From assembly GCA_965227295.1 (NCBI GenBank), contig OZ245742.1, positions 3,872,001 to 3,936,000 of the forward strand: 64,000 nucleotides of DNA, read 5' to 3'. This DNA is from Leptonemataceae bacterium. Lineage in GTDB: Bacteria; Spirochaetota; Leptospiria; Leptospirales; Leptonemataceae. The notes beneath the pieces are model-generated. The model saw only the letters and a list, made by a program, of their open reading frames with translations, was not told the DNA's origin and made no database searches. The position numbers were made by a program, and so were the translations under genes. Of this stretch, positions 50,448 through 60,577 are shown piece after piece (the first letter of the stretch is position 1; each line of letters begins with the position of its first letter).

Positions 50448-51047
50448 ATGAGCGAAGCGGAGCAGAGCGCGCTATTGTGGGCGGCCTTTGAGCAGATCGA
50501 CGCGGCAAACGGCAACGATCCAAACACCGAGCAAGACGAGGCCGGCAACGATCAGCCCAAGGAACTGCTGTATGCGCGACGCATGACCGCCGAACTCGCG
50601 CGTTTTGCGCCGCAGGCTTCGGAGGCGCTGCAACTGGCTGCGCGGGCCCAGCATATCCGTCGCTGGGAAATCCCGCGCAAAGATTTTCCCATGGATCGCG
50701 CCGGCTATCACCAGTGGCGGACGACGCTCTACAAATTCCACGCGGATCGCGCGGCGGAAATTCTGGAAGGGGTGGGCTACGATGCGGAAACCATCGATCG
50801 GGTGCGGCATCTCATTCAGAAGAAAAGCCTGCGGAGCGACGAGGGTACGCAGACACTGGAAGATGTGATTTGCCTGGTCTTTTTGCAGTACTACTTTCTG
50901 GACTTCGCGAAAGAGCATCCGGAAGAGAAGGTCATCGACATCTTACAAAAAACCTGGAAGAAGATGAGCAATGCCGGACACGAGGCCGCGCTGCAACTGG
51001 ACCTGCCGGTCGAGGCGAAGCGGTTGATTTCGCTGGCGCTTTCTTGA
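50448..51047 (+). CDS. DUF4202 domain protein (HD-like fold)
   Basis: IDAAN..DP, LAARAQHIRRW, GYHQWR, TLEDVICLVFL, KTWKKMS. Confidence 0.88.
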   Translation: MSEAEQSALLWAAFEQIDAANGNDPNTEQDEAGNDQPKELLYARRMTAELARFAPQASEALQLAARAQHIRRWEIPRKDFPMDRAGYHQWRTTLYKFHADRAAEILEGVGYDAETIDRVRHLIQKKSLRSDEGTQTLEDVICLVFLQYYFLDFAKEHPEEKVIDILQKTWKKMSNAGHEAALQLDLPVEAKRLISLALS

Positions 51048-51171
51048 GCCGACGCCCGCCGGCGGCATTCCTACTCATTTACCAGGAAAAAAACTCGACA
51101 CACGCGGGATTTTTCCTTTTCTGTCTTGAATTCCGCAAAATACCGGATATGTACACGAGCGGCACATTAAT

Positions 51172-53469
51172 ATGAAGACATCCAACCCCATCTGGACCGA
51201 CAAACTCAAGGACGCCATGCCCGAGGACCTCGAGCAGCAGATCCACGCATTCGAAACCGAAATGCTTCTGCGCAAAGAGGGCAAGCTCGACGAAAAGCTC
51301 TTTGCCGAGAAGCGGCTGCGTCGCGGGGCCTACGGACAGCGCTACGACAACGGCCAGCGCCATGACGGTCACCAGTCCCGCAAGCTGAACTTCCCGTCCG
51401 TGGAACAGGGGCTCACCAAGGGTCCGGATACGGTCTGGGACGCTCCCGGCATGTTGCGTATTAAAATCCCGTGGGGCGGCATGGACGCGCCGCAGCTCGA
51501 GGTCATGGCCGATCTTGCGGAAGAGTACTCCGACGGCATCGGTCACATTACCACGCGCCAGGACTTTCAACTGCACTTCATTCACATCGAGGATACGCCG
51601 GCCATCATGCGTCGCCTGGCCGCCGTCGGTATCACCACCCAGGAAGCCTGCGGCAACTCCGTGCGCAACGTTACGGCCTGTCCGCGGGCCGGCTGTTGCC
51701 AGGAAGAAACCTTCGATGTCACGCCCCACGCCAAGGCACTCACGCATTTTTTTCTCGGTCACCACGACGTGCAGGACTTCGGCCGTAAGTTCAAGATCGC
51801 GTTCTCCGGTTGCAAACACAACGGCTGCGGCCTCACCGGCCTGCACGATCTGGGCCTCATTGCAAAAACGCAGACGGTGGACGGCAGAGAGCAACGCGGC
51901 TTCGAGTTTTATGTCGGCGGCGGCCTCGGTGCCGTGCCGCACCAGGCGAAGAAGATCTTCGACTTTGTAACCGAAGAAGAACTCCTGCCGTTGTCTCAGG
52001 CCGTATGCCGGGTTTTTGCAAGATTGGGCGAAAAGAAAAACCGCGCCCGGGCCCGCGTAAAATTCCTGGTCGCGAAACTCGGGGACGAGGAGTTTCGGAA
52101 ACTCGTCGAAGAAGAGCGCAAAATCATGCCCGCGGACCCGCGCTGGACCGCGTACCTGGACAACCTGGCAGGCTACCACACTGAAGGCCCGCTGGCGGAT
52201 CCGGGCTCGCTGAACGGCCACCGTCCGGCCGGTTTCGACGCCTTTCTGAAACACAACGTCTACACTCAGAAGCAGGACGGCTACGCCATCGTTACCGTTA
52301 AGTTGCCCCTGGGAGATATTACCGCGGCCCAACTGCGTGCCGTGGCCGACCTGTCCCGCAAATACATGAAAGAAACCGTTCGCACTACGGTGGAACAGAA
52401 CCTGGTGCTGCGCTGGGTCAGTCAGGCCGATCTGCCCGCCGTCTACGAAGAACTGGTGCGGGCCGGCCTCGCCGAGGCCGGGGCCGAGGGCATCACCGAT
52501 CTCGTGGCCTGCCCGGGAACGGATACCTGTAAGCTCGGCATCTCCGCTTCGCGCGGTCTCGTGGGTGAACTGCGCAAACGTTTCATGAGCGGCGATTTAG
52601 AGACGGACGAGGTCATCGAACGCCTGAAGATCAAAGTGAGCGGTTGCTTCAACTCGTGCTCGCAGCATCATGTGGCGGACCTGGGTTTCTACGGAGTCGC
52701 CCGCAAGGTCGGCAATCACACTGTACCGCACTTCCAGGTGGTCCTCGGCGGCCAGTGGGCAAACAACGCCGGGTCTTACGGCCTGCCCATCATGGCGGTG
52801 CCGTCCAAGCGCATCCCCGAAGTCGTGCGGCGCATGGCGACGAAGTACCGGGACGAACGCGATACGAGCGGCGGCCAGCCGGAAACGTTTCAGGCTTTCA
52901 TCAAACGCATCGGCAAGGCGAAAATCAAAGAGATGCTCATGGATCTCACCGAGGTACCCGCCTACGAAGAAGACCGCAGTCTGTACAGCGACTGGCGCGA
53001 TCCCCGGGAGTACACCACCGGGGACATGGGCATCGGCGAGTGCGCCGGCGAAGTCGTCTCGCGCATCGATATGGACCTGGCCGCGGCGGAGCGCGAGCTC
53101 TTCGAGGCGCAGGTTGCCCTGGACTCCGGCGAACACCAGAAGGCCGGGGAGATGGCTTACATTTCCATGGTGCACGCGGCGAAGGGCCTGGTGAAACTGA
53201 GCTGGCTCGACGTGCCGGAGGATCCGGACGTCATCACCGAGCAGTTCCGCAAAAAGTTCTACGATACGAAGTACTTCTTCGATCCCTACGCCGGCGGCAA
53301 GTTCGCGCACTATTACTTCGCGGCCCACGAGGCGGCGCCGGAAAAATTCACGGAAGAAACGGCCCATCACCGCGTGGAAGAAGCCGGCCTCTTCATCGAG
53401 GCAAGCCATAGCTGCAACGCCCGCATGGGAGACGAGGCCATCGCGAATCTCACGGCCGCGGTAACCTGA
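51172..53469 (+). CDS. Ferredoxin-dependent nitrite/sulfite reductase (siroheme) with C-terminal HEPN-like domain
   Basis: MLRIKIP.G, HITTRQDFQ, ACGNSVRNV, ACPG..TC, SGC.NSC. Confidence 0.88.
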   Translation: MKTSNPIWTDKLKDAMPEDLEQQIHAFETEMLLRKEGKLDEKLFAEKRLRRGAYGQRYDNGQRHDGHQSRKLNFPSVEQGLTKGPDTVWDAPGMLRIKIPWGGMDAPQLEVMADLAEEYSDGIGHITTRQDFQLHFIHIEDTPAIMRRLAAVGITTQEACGNSVRNVTACPRAGCCQEETFDVTPHAKALTHFFLGHHDVQDFGRKFKIAFSGCKHNGCGLTGLHDLGLIAKTQTVDGREQRGFEFYVGGGLGAVPHQAKKIFDFVTEEELLPLSQAVCRVFARLGEKKNRARARVKFLVAKLGDEEFRKLVEEERKIMPADPRWTAYLDNLAGYHTEGPLADPGSLNGHRPAGFDAFLKHNVYTQKQDGYAIVTVKLPLGDITAAQLRAVADLSRKYMKETVRTTVEQNLVLRWVSQADLPAVYEELVRAGLAEAGAEGITDLVACPGTDTCKLGISASRGLVGELRKRFMSGDLETDEVIERLKIKVSGCFNSCSQHHVADLGFYGVARKVGNHTVPHFQVVLGGQWANNAGSYGLPIMAVPSKRIPEVVRRMATKYRDERDTSGGQPETFQAFIKRIGKAKIKEMLMDLTEVPAYEEDRSLYSDWRDPREYTTGDMGIGECAGEVVSRIDMDLAAAERELFEAQVALDSGEHQKAGEMAYISMVHAAKGLVKLSWLDVPEDPDVITEQFRKKFYDTKYFFDPYAGGKFAHYYFAAHEAAPEKFTEETAHHRVEEAGLFIEASHSCNARMGDEAIANLTAAVT

Positions 53470-53494
53470 ATTCAACACAAGTTAGCAAGATACA

Positions 53495-54073
53495 ATGGAA
53501 CTACAACACGTTAACGTAAAAATCTACGCCTCCACCCCGGAGGCGGTGTCCCTGGAAGAGGCCATCCTCATCTTCCATCGCTGGATCCAGAACGATTTGG
53601 TCGAAGAGATGCTCATCGACGTCGCCGATTACCAGCACGTTCCGGCGGGCCCGGGCGTCCTGTTGATCGGCCACGAGGGCGCGTACAGCCTGGACCTCGG
53701 GCCGGAGAGTCGTCCGGGGCTGCTCTACAATGTAAAGATCAAACGCGACGGCGATAACGTGGAACGCTTGAGCCACGCTTTGCGTCAGGCGTTGAAGGCC
53801 TGCGCGCTGCTGGAACAGGACGAACTGTGGGCGGGCAAAGTCAGTTTCAATGCCGGCGATGCGCGCATCCTCGTGAACGATCGCGGCGTGCTGGAGAATA
53901 CACCGGAGGCATTCGCCGCGGTGAAAGGCGATCTCGAAAGTGCGCTGAAAAACTTCTACGGCGATCGTGCATTCGCGCTGAACTACGAGCAGGGCGATCC
54001 GCGGCAGCGATTCCAGGTGACGGTGAGCACGGACGTGCCGGTGAGTGTAAAGGATCTTGCGGCGGCCGTTTAA
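53495..54073 (+). CDS. Conserved hypothetical protein coupled to the reductase
   Basis: IFHRWIQ...LIDVADY.HVP.GPGVLLIGHE; 25 nt after the reductase stop. Confidence 0.8.
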   Translation: MELQHVNVKIYASTPEAVSLEEAILIFHRWIQNDLVEEMLIDVADYQHVPAGPGVLLIGHEGAYSLDLGPESRPGLLYNVKIKRDGDNVERLSHALRQALKACALLEQDELWAGKVSFNAGDARILVNDRGVLENTPEAFAAVKGDLESALKNFYGDRAFALNYEQGDPRQRFQVTVSTDVPVSVKDLAAAV

Positions 54074-54842
54074 TCCACGGAACCACTGCGGCGCGCCCGG
54101 CGTCCTGCTGGTTGTCCTTTTGTTCGTCGCGGGCGTTAACTCACTCACAGCAGCACCTTACAAAACCATCGAGTTCGCTTCCCTCGACGGCCTGCGCATT
54201 ACCGCGGATCTCTATCACGACGGCGACGCGCATAAACCGCTGATCCTGCTCTTCCATCAGGCCCGCTACAGCCGCGGCGAGTACATTCCCATCGCGCCGA
54301 AGTTACAGGCGTCGGGCTTCAACGCCCTGGCGATCGATCAACGTTCCGGACGCGGGGTGCGCGGAGTGCGCAATCGAACGGCGGAGCGAGCCGTGGCCCA
54401 GAACCGCGGCACGGAGTACCTCGACGCGGAGCAGGACTTGCGTGCGGCGATCGCGTACGTTCGCGATCAAAAACTCGCCGCGGGCAAGGTGATTCTCTGG
54501 GGCAGTTCGTATTCGGCGTCCCTCGTCCTGAAGATCGCGGGGGAGGGCGTGCGCGTGGACGGTGTGGTTGCGTTCTCGCCGGGAGAATACTTTCAATGGA
54601 AGGACGCGGACTACATTAAGGCCCACGCAGTAAGTATTAAGCTGCCCGTCTGGATTACCTGCACGCGCTCCGAAGTTGCGGAGGTCCGCGCCATCGTAAA
54701 AGTGATTCCGGGCGATGCGGTGCTGTGGCTGCCGGAGAGTTCCGCCGGTGTCCACGGTTCGAAGGCGCTGTGGGAATCCGGCGTCGCGCGCGAAGAAACC
54801 TGGACGGCGCTTGCGGCGTTCCTCAATCGATTTGTTAATTAA
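54057..54842 (+). CDS. Exported alpha/beta hydrolase (start uncertain)
   Basis: Signal peptide, LLFHQA, DQRSG, WGSSYS nucleophile elbow, HGS. Confidence 0.85.
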   Translation: MRRPFNPRNHCGAPGVLLVVLLFVAGVNSLTAAPYKTIEFASLDGLRITADLYHDGDAHKPLILLFHQARYSRGEYIPIAPKLQASGFNALAIDQRSGRGVRGVRNRTAERAVAQNRGTEYLDAEQDLRAAIAYVRDQKLAAGKVILWGSSYSASLVLKIAGEGVRVDGVVAFSPGEYFQWKDADYIKAHAVSIKLPVWITCTRSEVAEVRAIVKVIPGDAVLWLPESSAGVHGSKALWESGVAREETWTALAAFLNRFVN

Positions 54843-54844
54843 GT

Positions 54845-55993
54845 ATGATTCAACGTGCCTTAGCGATTCTCGGCGCCGGCCTGCTTTCGATATCCTGCTC
54901 GGCCTTTACGTTCAGTCGGAACATCATTCCCGAAGGACCGGACCGCCTGCGCCTGGTCGCCGTGGGCGACGTGCAGCACGACTACGCCGGCGGCCTGCGC
55001 GATTGGTTCGAGAAACTCGGCCGCGACAAGTACACACCGACGCGGCACATCATCCAGGCCGCCGACCTGGCGTTCGCGAACCTGGAAAGTCCGTACACCG
55101 ATCGCGCGCCCGTCGTGCAAAAGCAATTCGCGTTCGCCACCCATCCCCAGGAGTTCGACCATCTGCTGTGGGCCGGCTTTAATCTGTTCAGTCTCGCAAA
55201 CAATCACTCCCACGACGCCGGAGTGGGAGGCATCACGGACACGCTGGACCTCATGCAACGCAAACATAATGCCGGCGCGCCGATCGTCTGGGGCGGCACG
55301 GGACGCACGCCGGAAGAGGCGATACTGCCGCGCGTGTTCGTCGCAAACGGCCGGCGGGCGGACGGCAAACCCGTATCGTTTCGCACGGCGTTTTTTGCGT
55401 TCGGCAATGTTACGCATCCGTTGGTGAACACCTTCGAACTGGAGCGGGCAGTCGCGGAGATTGCGGAGCTGCGCGCGACGCATCCGGACATTGAGTTGAT
55501 CATCGTTTCGGTGCATCACGGCGCCGAGTACACTCACGTGCCCGGCGATTATTTTCAGTACGCCTACCGTTCACTCATCGACGCCGGCGCCACGATCGTC
55601 CTCGGTCATCACCCGCACGTGATTCAGAGCATCGAGAAACACGGGAAGGGCCTGATCTTTTATTCCCTCGGTAACTTTTCTTTCGGCAGCATTACGTCGC
55701 GGCACCTGCAGGCCGGGGCGAAGTTGCACGGAATCATTGCACAGATAGAATTCGAACGTCGGGCCAGCGGCGTGGTGCCCGCGGAGTTGGTGTTGTATCC
55801 CCTGAACCTGGATAATCGCTATCCGTTGCAGGTGGACGGCCAGGTGCTTGAGCCGGATCCGTTCGTCCCGCGGGTGGTGGAGCAGCCGTTTGCAGGACAC
55901 ATTCTGCGGAACGTGCAGGGTTGGTGCGAGGCACTGCGTGGCAATGAGTTGAAGTTAGTGATTGAGGGCAACATCGCCCGGGCGGTGTTGTAG
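54845..55993 (+). CDS. CapA-family metallophosphatase lipoprotein
   Basis: Lipobox LLSISC; VGDV, NLES, LANNHSHD, GHHPHV, YSLGNF. Confidence 0.9.
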   Translation: MIQRALAILGAGLLSISCSAFTFSRNIIPEGPDRLRLVAVGDVQHDYAGGLRDWFEKLGRDKYTPTRHIIQAADLAFANLESPYTDRAPVVQKQFAFATHPQEFDHLLWAGFNLFSLANNHSHDAGVGGITDTLDLMQRKHNAGAPIVWGGTGRTPEEAILPRVFVANGRRADGKPVSFRTAFFAFGNVTHPLVNTFELERAVAEIAELRATHPDIELIIVSVHHGAEYTHVPGDYFQYAYRSLIDAGATIVLGHHPHVIQSIEKHGKGLIFYSLGNFSFGSITSRHLQAGAKLHGIIAQIEFERRASGVVPAELVLYPLNLDNRYPLQVDGQVLEPDPFVPRVVEQPFAGHILRNVQGWCEALRGNELKLVIEGNIARAVL

Positions 55994-55994
55994 G

Positions 55995-56621
55995 ATGATT
56001 TCACCACCGAGAGATGCCGGTATGCCCCGGAAAAAACGCGAGTACATCGACGAACCCCACCAGGTCGCACAGGAATACTATGACATCCTGGAGAAAGCGG
56101 AGAAGCTAAGCGCGCAGCAAGTCGAAAAGTCGCTCCGTAAGCTTATCCTGAAAGATGCAGAGTTCCTGGATTCGTACTCATTGCTGCATGAAATCCTGGA
56201 TGACGCGGAGCGTTTCGACGAGGCCGAAAAGATTCTCGACCGCGCTTTCGGCAAGGCGCTGGAGATGATCCTCGATAAAAATGGGCAGTGGCCGGATTCC
56301 CTGGAGTGGGGCTGGCACGAGAACCGCCACATCATTCGCGCCTTACTGAAGAAGGCCGTGGGGCTCTGGATGAAGTATGAAAATGTCCTCGCCCTCGATT
56401 TGCTCAAAAAATTGCTCAAGACCAACCCGAACGACAACATCGGTGCCAGGAACTACATCCTCGCCATCCGCATGGGCATGGACTTCGATGACTTCGAAGA
56501 CCGATTCCGTGAGGGCATGGGTTACGGGATGAAACTCGTGAAATGGTTTGATAAGAATCATCCGAAGTATCCCGACGATTTCTCTGAATGGGTCGAGTGG
56601 CAGAATGCTATGTTGAGCTGA
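55995..56621 (+). CDS. Hypothetical TPR-like protein
   Basis: Helical protein with W...ENR..IRAL and LL..NPNDNIGAR motifs; start at 55995 or 56022. Confidence 0.75.
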   Translation: MISPPRDAGMPRKKREYIDEPHQVAQEYYDILEKAEKLSAQQVEKSLRKLILKDAEFLDSYSLLHEILDDAERFDEAEKILDRAFGKALEMILDKNGQWPDSLEWGWHENRHIIRALLKKAVGLWMKYENVLALDLLKKLLKTNPNDNIGARNYILAIRMGMDFDDFEDRFREGMGYGMKLVKWFDKNHPKYPDDFSEWVEWQNAMLS

Positions 56622-56711
56622 CCGTCGCATTAGGTGATGATTGGCCATTCGGCGTCCTCTAATTTGAGGAACGCTGCCTTCACGTGAAGCGAGACCGGCC
56701 CGGGTCTCCGG

Positions 56712-56740
56712 TTGCAATCGGCTACGTTGTGTAGTATACT
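56712..56740 (+). promoter_or_regulatory. sigma70 promoter of the TIGR04388-like gene
   Basis: TTGCAA-N17-TATACT, 32 nt upstream of the ORF start. Confidence 0.7.
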
Positions 56741-56772
56741 CTGCACCGTTTTCGTTCGCGCGAAAGCACCAG

Positions 56773-59700
56773 TTGGAGCATACTATGCAGCCGAATCACT
56801 TCGCCTATTGTCAAAAAATTATTCACCATCGCAGAATTCTATTCGTCTGCGCCGCGCTGGCGGTCTGCTTCGCGCTGCCCATGCAGGCAGTCCGCACGCA
56901 ACCGGTTCCGGTCGCCCCCCTCGATGCGCCAGATTTCGATCGCGCCGCCTTCGATGGCTACTTTCGCGCGGCGCAGCAAAGCAACAGTCAGGCCGGATGG
57001 GAAGAGATTGTCCGCGATGGCAAAATCGCACTCATGGCCGACTGGGAGCTCGCCGCAGACCTTAAGATTGAGGAGCAGGTTGTCGGTGCGACCCGATCGG
57101 ACGCGTACATCAATAATCCGGGTTACATCGACTATCTTCGCAAGACTCTGCTTCTGGAAAAAGAGAAGGCCTTTGCGGAGTGGGAACTGGCCGCGGATGT
57201 TGCGATCCAGAACGAACGTTTGCCGTTCCTCGAACAACTGGCATCAGAGCAGACTACCCGGGCGGATGCGGGCCTGGACCGCGATCTGCGCCGGGGCGAT
57301 CGTGACGCCGGCCAGGGCGATGCGGACGCTGTAAATCGGACCTCAGAGAACTGGAGCGCGCGGTACCGTAAGGCCATCGCCGACGGACTGGCGGCCTATG
57401 ACGCAGCCCTGGAAAACGCTCAGGCCGAGCACGATACCATCGTGGCGTCTCTGGATGCCGCCGAGGCGCGCTTTCAGGAAAACCTGCGCACCATCGAAGG
57501 CTACGAACAGATCGTCCGCGATAATATCCGGACCTCCGTCGGCGGCATGCGCACGTATCTTGAAACGAACGGACTCTTTTATGACGAAGACGACCAACTG
57601 AACGATGCGGGGCTGGAGTTGCAGGATCTAATCGCATCCGTCGAGAACGGTCTGAATAACGATGTCCCCCTTTCACAACTTGCGACCGAAATGCGCGACT
57701 ATATGGACCGGCAAAAAGAACAGGCCGAACTGACCCAACAGGAATGGGCGGCAGACATCAGCGGTCATCGTGATATGGCCGCCTTTAACGTGAGTCTGAA
57801 CGGCGAGGGAGAAAGCGCGATTCATAACATCACGGAAATTATTGCCCTGCATGACCTGCACACGTACGGTCTCGCCGCGGGCATGCACGACGTCATTCGC
57901 GCCCGCAGCGGTGAGACGCGGAACATCACGAGCGTGTCCGCGGACGGCGTGGCATGGAGTTCCAACTACGCGCCCTGTCCGCTGACTTACAGTTCCGGGC
58001 GGAGCGGCGAATCTTATTCGTCGGCTGGAAGCGGCTCGTTAACTTTCGATGCGACCTGCATAGGCGGGGCCTTCAGTGTTCCCGTGTGGGTCACCGAAGC
58101 ACATAGCGAACACGAAATGCGGCTGACGATCTCTTACGATTGGCATGATCCGATTGCCGAAGACAACGCAAACACCTGGCAGGGTTATGTGGACGCGCTT
58201 GCCCCGGTCCTCGCCGAATGGGAAAACGATATCGTGCCGGCCATCGGTACCTGGGAGGCGCAGGTCGAGCTGTTTCGTGCGGACCATGCGGCCTGGCAGG
58301 AGGATGCGGCGGAGCAACGCGCGCGTGCCGATGCGGAACTCGCGGCACGAACGAGCGCGATCAACGCGGATCGCAGTCGCTGGCTGGCGCGCATGGAATC
58401 CAGTTATCGCCGCGGTGAACTGCAATGGCAAAACCTGCAGGTGACGGCGCAAAGCAACGCTGAAGCCATGCTCGCGGCACCGACAGCGAAGGCGAGGGCG
58501 AGTGCAGACAACAGTGTACCGGCATTCGCGGCCGCAAGCGCATCCGCCAGTGCGGCGGCCTCCGTGCCGGTGAGCGCGGCGAGTCCGGCCCTGCCGGACT
58601 TCAGCCTGCTTGCGAACTTCTCGAGTGAGTATCAGACCTCCCTGGGCGGTATGCAGAACACGGCCCTGGCTTCCGCCATGAACGAGCAAGCGCGGGATTC
58701 CCAGGCGGATGCGTCCCATGAGCTGGAGGCGCTGGCGGAGAGCGTCGGTTTCGAAACGGACGTACTGGACGACGGCACAATCCGGGCCACTCGCCGGATC
58801 GCGAGCGGACGGGCACGCCTCCGTGAAGGCGGAGACGCTACCAACGTGAACGACTACGAGGCCGAACAAACGGATCAGGTCCTGGATTTCGCCGCGCCCC
58901 AGGCCGTACGCCTGGCCGAAACCGGCAACCTGTTCAATCACTGGGATACGGCCCAGGTGCAGGACGATTTCGCCGCGAACTCGCAGGATTTCGGCGCATC
59001 CATGCAGGCAAAGTTCGACGAGTCGACGGAGATGCTTGAGACCGCCAACGAGTTCGCGACGCATCGCCAGGAGATGTTTCAACAGAACGCCCTGGCTCAG
59101 GCTTCGGAAGCACAGATGCTCCGCAGCATTGCGCAGAGCATGCTGGGCGGAGCGAATTTCCAGCAGGCCCTGGAAGCATACATGCAGGACCAGGTGGACG
59201 GTGCGGTTTTTTCCGAGATCAGCGCTCTCACCGGCGGTGACGGCCTCATGAGTTCGGTTTTGCGCGGACTTTACCTCGGCATGAACACGCAACAGATCAT
59301 TATGGACACCGCCACCGAGGCGTTCACGACTATGATCGCGCAGGCAACCGGGTTGCCGTCCGGATTGGTCTACGGTTTCGTAAACACCCGCGTACGCTCG
59401 GCGTTCCGGCCGAATCGAGACAACAGCTTCGTCGAAGCGGTACTTACGGATCCGCTGTACATGAGCATCAATATGGCGCAGAGCGCCATTGATCTATCGG
59501 TGGGAGCGGTCTACAATACCGTCACCGGCCGGCCGACGTTCCCGACCTATTCCTATCAGGATGGTGCGATCATTACCGAGAATTCGGGCACGGCAAACTG
59601 GCATAGCGATACCAATCAAGGCGATGGTTTCGCTATTGGACCTTTTATCTATGTCGAGAACAACCCCGACCAGGCATTGATGGACCACGAGATGGCCCAC

Positions 59701-60096
59701 GTGGATCAGTACTATGACCTCGGACCATATCGCCTCGCATCCATGGCGACAGGGCCCGACAGTTACGATGTCGAGCATGACGCCGACAACCGTGCCGGAA
59801 CGTACTCCTACGAACAACGTATCGCCCGGGAAATGGGATTGCTGACCGCAAACTTCGCCGAAGAACTCCGGCGGATCAAACATGATCCGAACTTGACCCT
59901 GACGGAAAAGTATACTGCCCGCCGGGCGGCCTATGAACGTGTGGTCGCGAAGATCAATAACTTCTTGTTGTATTGTTATACTTACGGCGACAACTGTCAC
60001 GGCACTGTGATCGACAAGGCCCAACTTGTCATCAAGCATCTCTATGAGAGTCCCGCCCTTGAGCCCAACTCGTCCACATCAATGGTGAATCCATGA
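56773..60096 (+). CDS. Leptospira TIGR04388-like large secreted protein with C-terminal HExxH (DUF4157-like) domain
   Basis: Sec signal peptide; helical N-terminus (WE..AD..IE...SD...NN..Y.DYLRK.L..EK..A..EWE..AD); GGDATN...Y motif; DHEMAH at 59683-59700. Confidence 0.75.
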   Translation: MEHTMQPNHFAYCQKIIHHRRILFVCAALAVCFALPMQAVRTQPVPVAPLDAPDFDRAAFDGYFRAAQQSNSQAGWEEIVRDGKIALMADWELAADLKIEEQVVGATRSDAYINNPGYIDYLRKTLLLEKEKAFAEWELAADVAIQNERLPFLEQLASEQTTRADAGLDRDLRRGDRDAGQGDADAVNRTSENWSARYRKAIADGLAAYDAALENAQAEHDTIVASLDAAEARFQENLRTIEGYEQIVRDNIRTSVGGMRTYLETNGLFYDEDDQLNDAGLELQDLIASVENGLNNDVPLSQLATEMRDYMDRQKEQAELTQQEWAADISGHRDMAAFNVSLNGEGESAIHNITEIIALHDLHTYGLAAGMHDVIRARSGETRNITSVSADGVAWSSNYAPCPLTYSSGRSGESYSSAGSGSLTFDATCIGGAFSVPVWVTEAHSEHEMRLTISYDWHDPIAEDNANTWQGYVDALAPVLAEWENDIVPAIGTWEAQVELFRADHAAWQEDAAEQRARADAELAARTSAINADRSRWLARMESSYRRGELQWQNLQVTAQSNAEAMLAAPTAKARASADNSVPAFAAASASASAAASVPVSAASPALPDFSLLANFSSEYQTSLGGMQNTALASAMNEQARDSQADASHELEALAESVGFETDVLDDGTIRATRRIASGRARLREGGDATNVNDYEAEQTDQVLDFAAPQAVRLAETGNLFNHWDTAQVQDDFAANSQDFGASMQAKFDESTEMLETANEFATHRQEMFQQNALAQASEAQMLRSIAQSMLGGANFQQALEAYMQDQVDGAVFSEISALTGGDGLMSSVLRGLYLGMNTQQIIMDTATEAFTTMIAQATGLPSGLVYGFVNTRVRSAFRPNRDNSFVEAVLTDPLYMSINMAQSAIDLSVGAVYNTVTGRPTFPTYSYQDGAIITENSGTANWHSDTNQGDGFAIGPFIYVENNPDQALMDHEMAHVDQYYDLGPYRLASMATGPDSYDVEHDADNRAGTYSYEQRIAREMGLLTANFAEELRRIKHDPNLTLTEKYTARRAAYERVVAKINNFLLYCYTYGDNCHGTVIDKAQLVIKHLYESPALEPNSSTSMVNP

Positions 60097-60563
60097 CGGA
60101 CGGCCACGCGCCGGGACAAACCGAAGAGTTTCGGTACGCCGGATTCGTTCTTCGGGCACTGGCCCTGCTGATCGATCTGACGATCGTGTTTGCACTCGGC
60201 AGCGCTTTTGCGTTCCTGCTCGTGGTGCTGCATGCGGCGGCCGGTTTCGCCCGGCACGAATCGTTCGTACCCGGCTTGCCGCTGCCCGTCTTGAGATTGT
60301 TTTGGCCGCCGCTCTTTGCCTGGTTGATGTTTACGATCGGTGAGTCGTCGGCCTGGCAGGGCTCGCCGGGGAAACGTATCCTGGGCATACGCGTGATTCG
60401 TGCGGCAGGCGGGCGCATCGGTTTCCTGCGGGCGAACGTGCGCTTCTTTGCGAAGATTCTCTCGGCCCTGCCGTTGTGCGCGGGCTTTCTCGCGGTGTTG
60501 TTTACGAAAAATAAACAGGCCCTGCACGATCGCCTGGCCGGCACGCACGTGATTGCGGCATGA
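60093..60563 (+). CDS. RDD family membrane protein
   Basis: YAGF..R.LA.LID, GSPGKRILGIRV, QALHDRLAGT.V; ATGA overlap with the upstream gene. Confidence 0.92.
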   Translation: MTDGHAPGQTEEFRYAGFVLRALALLIDLTIVFALGSAFAFLLVVLHAAAGFARHESFVPGLPLPVLRLFWPPLFAWLMFTIGESSAWQGSPGKRILGIRVIRAAGGRIGFLRANVRFFAKILSALPLCAGFLAVLFTKNKQALHDRLAGTHVIAA

Positions 60564-60577
60564 GCAGAGCCGCTCCA

